A DNA stretch of 62,620 nt, counting the filler, from Globobulimina sp. (lineage: Eukaryota), in the NCBI GenBank assembly GCA_003354225.1. It is 30 parts of 30 records of this genome, joined end to end, with 100 filler letters (N's around TTAATTAATTAA, not from the genome) between each part and the next. Parts side by side here need not be neighbours in the genome. Positions count along the whole stretch, not along the records: positions 60,632 to 62,620 come from PIVH01009959.1; 29 more parts are not named here. One strand, written 5' to 3'. Within the stretch, counting starts at the first letter, position 1. Each line of letters starts with the position of its first letter. The position numbers were made by a program, and so were the translations under genes. The notes under the pieces were generated by a model. That model did not search any database, was not told where the DNA came from, and was given only the letters and a program-made list of their open reading frames with translations. This document shows, in pieces, positions 60,632 to 62,620 of this stretch.

Positions 60632-61207
60632 ATCATTTCAATTTGTTCTTTATCTTTATTCTGTTGGGTCATTTGCTTAGTGCGCAATTCATGCAATGCC
60701 GCTAATTTCTTGTCGAAATATTCACAATTATTCGGAGTTGCACATAAAAGGGATGGACAATAATCGCATCTATACTGTTTCTGTAGCGTATACATTGTTG
60801 TGTTGCGTGATACATCTATACTGTTTTCAACCAGTGATAATAAATTGTATACATTGTTGTGTTTCGTCTGTGTTGCGCATGGAATTAACATTGCAGGATC
60901 TCTCATTTTTGTTAAATTACATTGCGATGTATATTTCAGTTTGGTAGTCAGCTGGGAATTTGTAGTTAGTTGGGAATTCTTAGGAGTTATTGGGATGTGT
61001 TCTAGTTTGGGTTGTAAATGTTTATTGGTTCGTGTGGAGTCAATATCTGTTGTGTTTGATACGTTCATGTTGATAATTGTATTCTTAATATTATTTTGTA
61101 TCATTGTTTTACCATCGTGGATGGATAGTTGCTCCTTGGAATTGCCATCGATGGATAAACTTTTCAGTGGTAATGTGGTAATCGTTTGTGATGTGGGATT
61201 ACAATGA
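60632..61207 (-). CDS. Hypothetical protein with a divergent SP-RING-like Cys/His pattern, 3'-partial
   Basis: CNLTKMRDPAMLIPC....KH...YNL......RCDYC. Confidence 0.45.
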
Positions 61208-61375
61208 GAGATCCATGCAAATACTGCAATGAAACGACACTGTAAAATTATCTGGAGCAGGGTGACAGGGATTGCGTGCAGAAGATGAAAGAGGGGAAAG
61301 GTGAAAAGTTTATTTAGTTCTATGGTCGGGTACTGTTTTCAAACACCTCAAACATCAAAAACATTCTTGGCACTC

Positions 61376-62620
61376 ATGGGACATTGTCTTTCTTCTCTCG
61401 ACCATCCCACAACACGTGCATATGATGAAACAGTCACCATCGACTATGAAGACGTTGATATGGATGAATGGAGTGTAACTGATGTGTATCACTGGTTATC
61501 TTCAGTTCAAAATGGCAAATTTATTGCTGAGGCAACTCAATTTGAAAAAGCAGGAATTGACGGATTACGATTAATGGGAATTAATGCAAATTACTTATAT
61601 AAACTTGGCATCACTTCAGATGACATAACACAAATCATTCATCATCGCGATATTACACTCCACCCAATAATAATGGACACCGAACCTACAATGAATTGCT
61701 ACAAATCTTCAGTAAACTCTTCCATCCCAATCCCAACCACCTCATTAAATGAAGAACCGATAAAAACACCCTCGCCGCAACCAATACAGATAGAAACCAC
61801 CGATATCTTATCTCAACACACAGACAATAAAAGTACATTATATGCGTTGGATCCTACTTTGTTGAATGAATTGGTGCAGATTGGTTTAAGTGGATCGATA
61901 TACAGCAAATCCACATCTGCCTATAACCAATGCGGGATACCGTCCCCTAAGGCATGTACAGCAGAACCTGGTGGTGGGAAAATGCCAAATATTGCTCAAA
62001 ATTGTAAGCAGATTACGCAAGCAAACACCATTGATATGGATGTTGATGATGAGAAGAGATCAAATCATTTGAATGCCGATGCAGCAGAATATTTTCCTTC
62101 CGTATATAATGGATATAAACCACCGATGCTTGGGAGACATCACAGTGCGCCAAATATGGCAAATTATGAACATAAACCACGACTGCCTACAATTGAAGAA
62201 TCGGAACCTATCCTAAAAATTAAAGTAGATCTTCCGGACACTGAATGTAAACAATTTGGGGATAAATTTAAACAGAAAAAACAGAAAAAAAAACCAAAAC
62301 CTATCGATCCATTCAAAAGATTTCGAGCAAAAGGAACTATAAAAATATCTCGCACATTCACAGAAGATATAATTCCAAATAGAGTTAAATCCAAAATTGC
62401 AAATTTATTTGATTATATGGTATGAATTTATATATAATATGTCTTTTTTTTTCTCATATATAATTAATTTTTATTCTAATTATAGGATAAATCAACGATA
62501 ATGCAATGTGATAATGAATACAGAAACGATAATATAAGAATATTAAATTATGATTTTTATGATAAAGATAGTGGTGAAATGTTATATTGTGTGGCGGAGT
62601 CAGTTAATTGTAATCCATTT
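61376..62620 (+). CDS. SAM-domain protein with a PAM2-like motif, 3'-partial (intron about 62420-62484)
   Basis: WSVTDVYHWL...FEKAGIDGLRL...LYKLGI; HLNADAAEYFPS. Confidence 0.8.

Noticed and set aside
1-62620. Operon-like or defence-island reading of neighbouring genes (helicase, RT, RtcA, FEX)
   Set aside because: These genes are on separate contigs ordered only by length, so adjacency means nothing.

Overview
This window is not one locus. It is 30 short contigs (1993 down to 1989 bp, sorted by length) joined by 100-nt artificial spacers (44 N + TTAATTAATTAA + 44 N), so nothing can be inferred across spacers and most genes are partial. The bulk is an AT-rich, gene-dense eukaryotic nuclear genome with short (about 45-75 nt) GT-AG introns, many with GTT donors. 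The gene style suggests a foraminiferan or related rhizarian; this is inference. Recognisable eukaryotic genes: G-alpha, FEX fluoride exporter, non-specific phospholipase C, ISWI, tandem-PqiA protein, a broken Ser/Thr kinase, EamA and MFS transporters, Ras and Rab GTPases, Mpv17, SET, IQ, RING, CCCH and SAM proteins, PheRS-beta, MetRS, acyl-CoA dehydrogenase, a DHCR24-like oxidoreductase and a decayed APE-RT LINE. Several contigs are mosaics carrying foreign fragments (Bacteroidota-type proS and DUF2807, rtcA, a planctomycete-like ORF, a Bel/Pao integrase end, a metazoan-like repeat), most simply explained as amplification chimeras. The best leads are: (1) a spliced gene for a mobile-element-type P-loop helicase/ATPase (2094-3704); (2) a contig with identical 119-bp ends that holds exactly one circularly permuted GPI-protein gene, i.e. 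a tandem array or DNA circle (35556-37545); (3) an 84-bp non-coding element shared by two unrelated contigs; (4) a 168-bp element with perfect 46-bp inverted repeats. No rRNA, tRNA or CRISPR array was seen.
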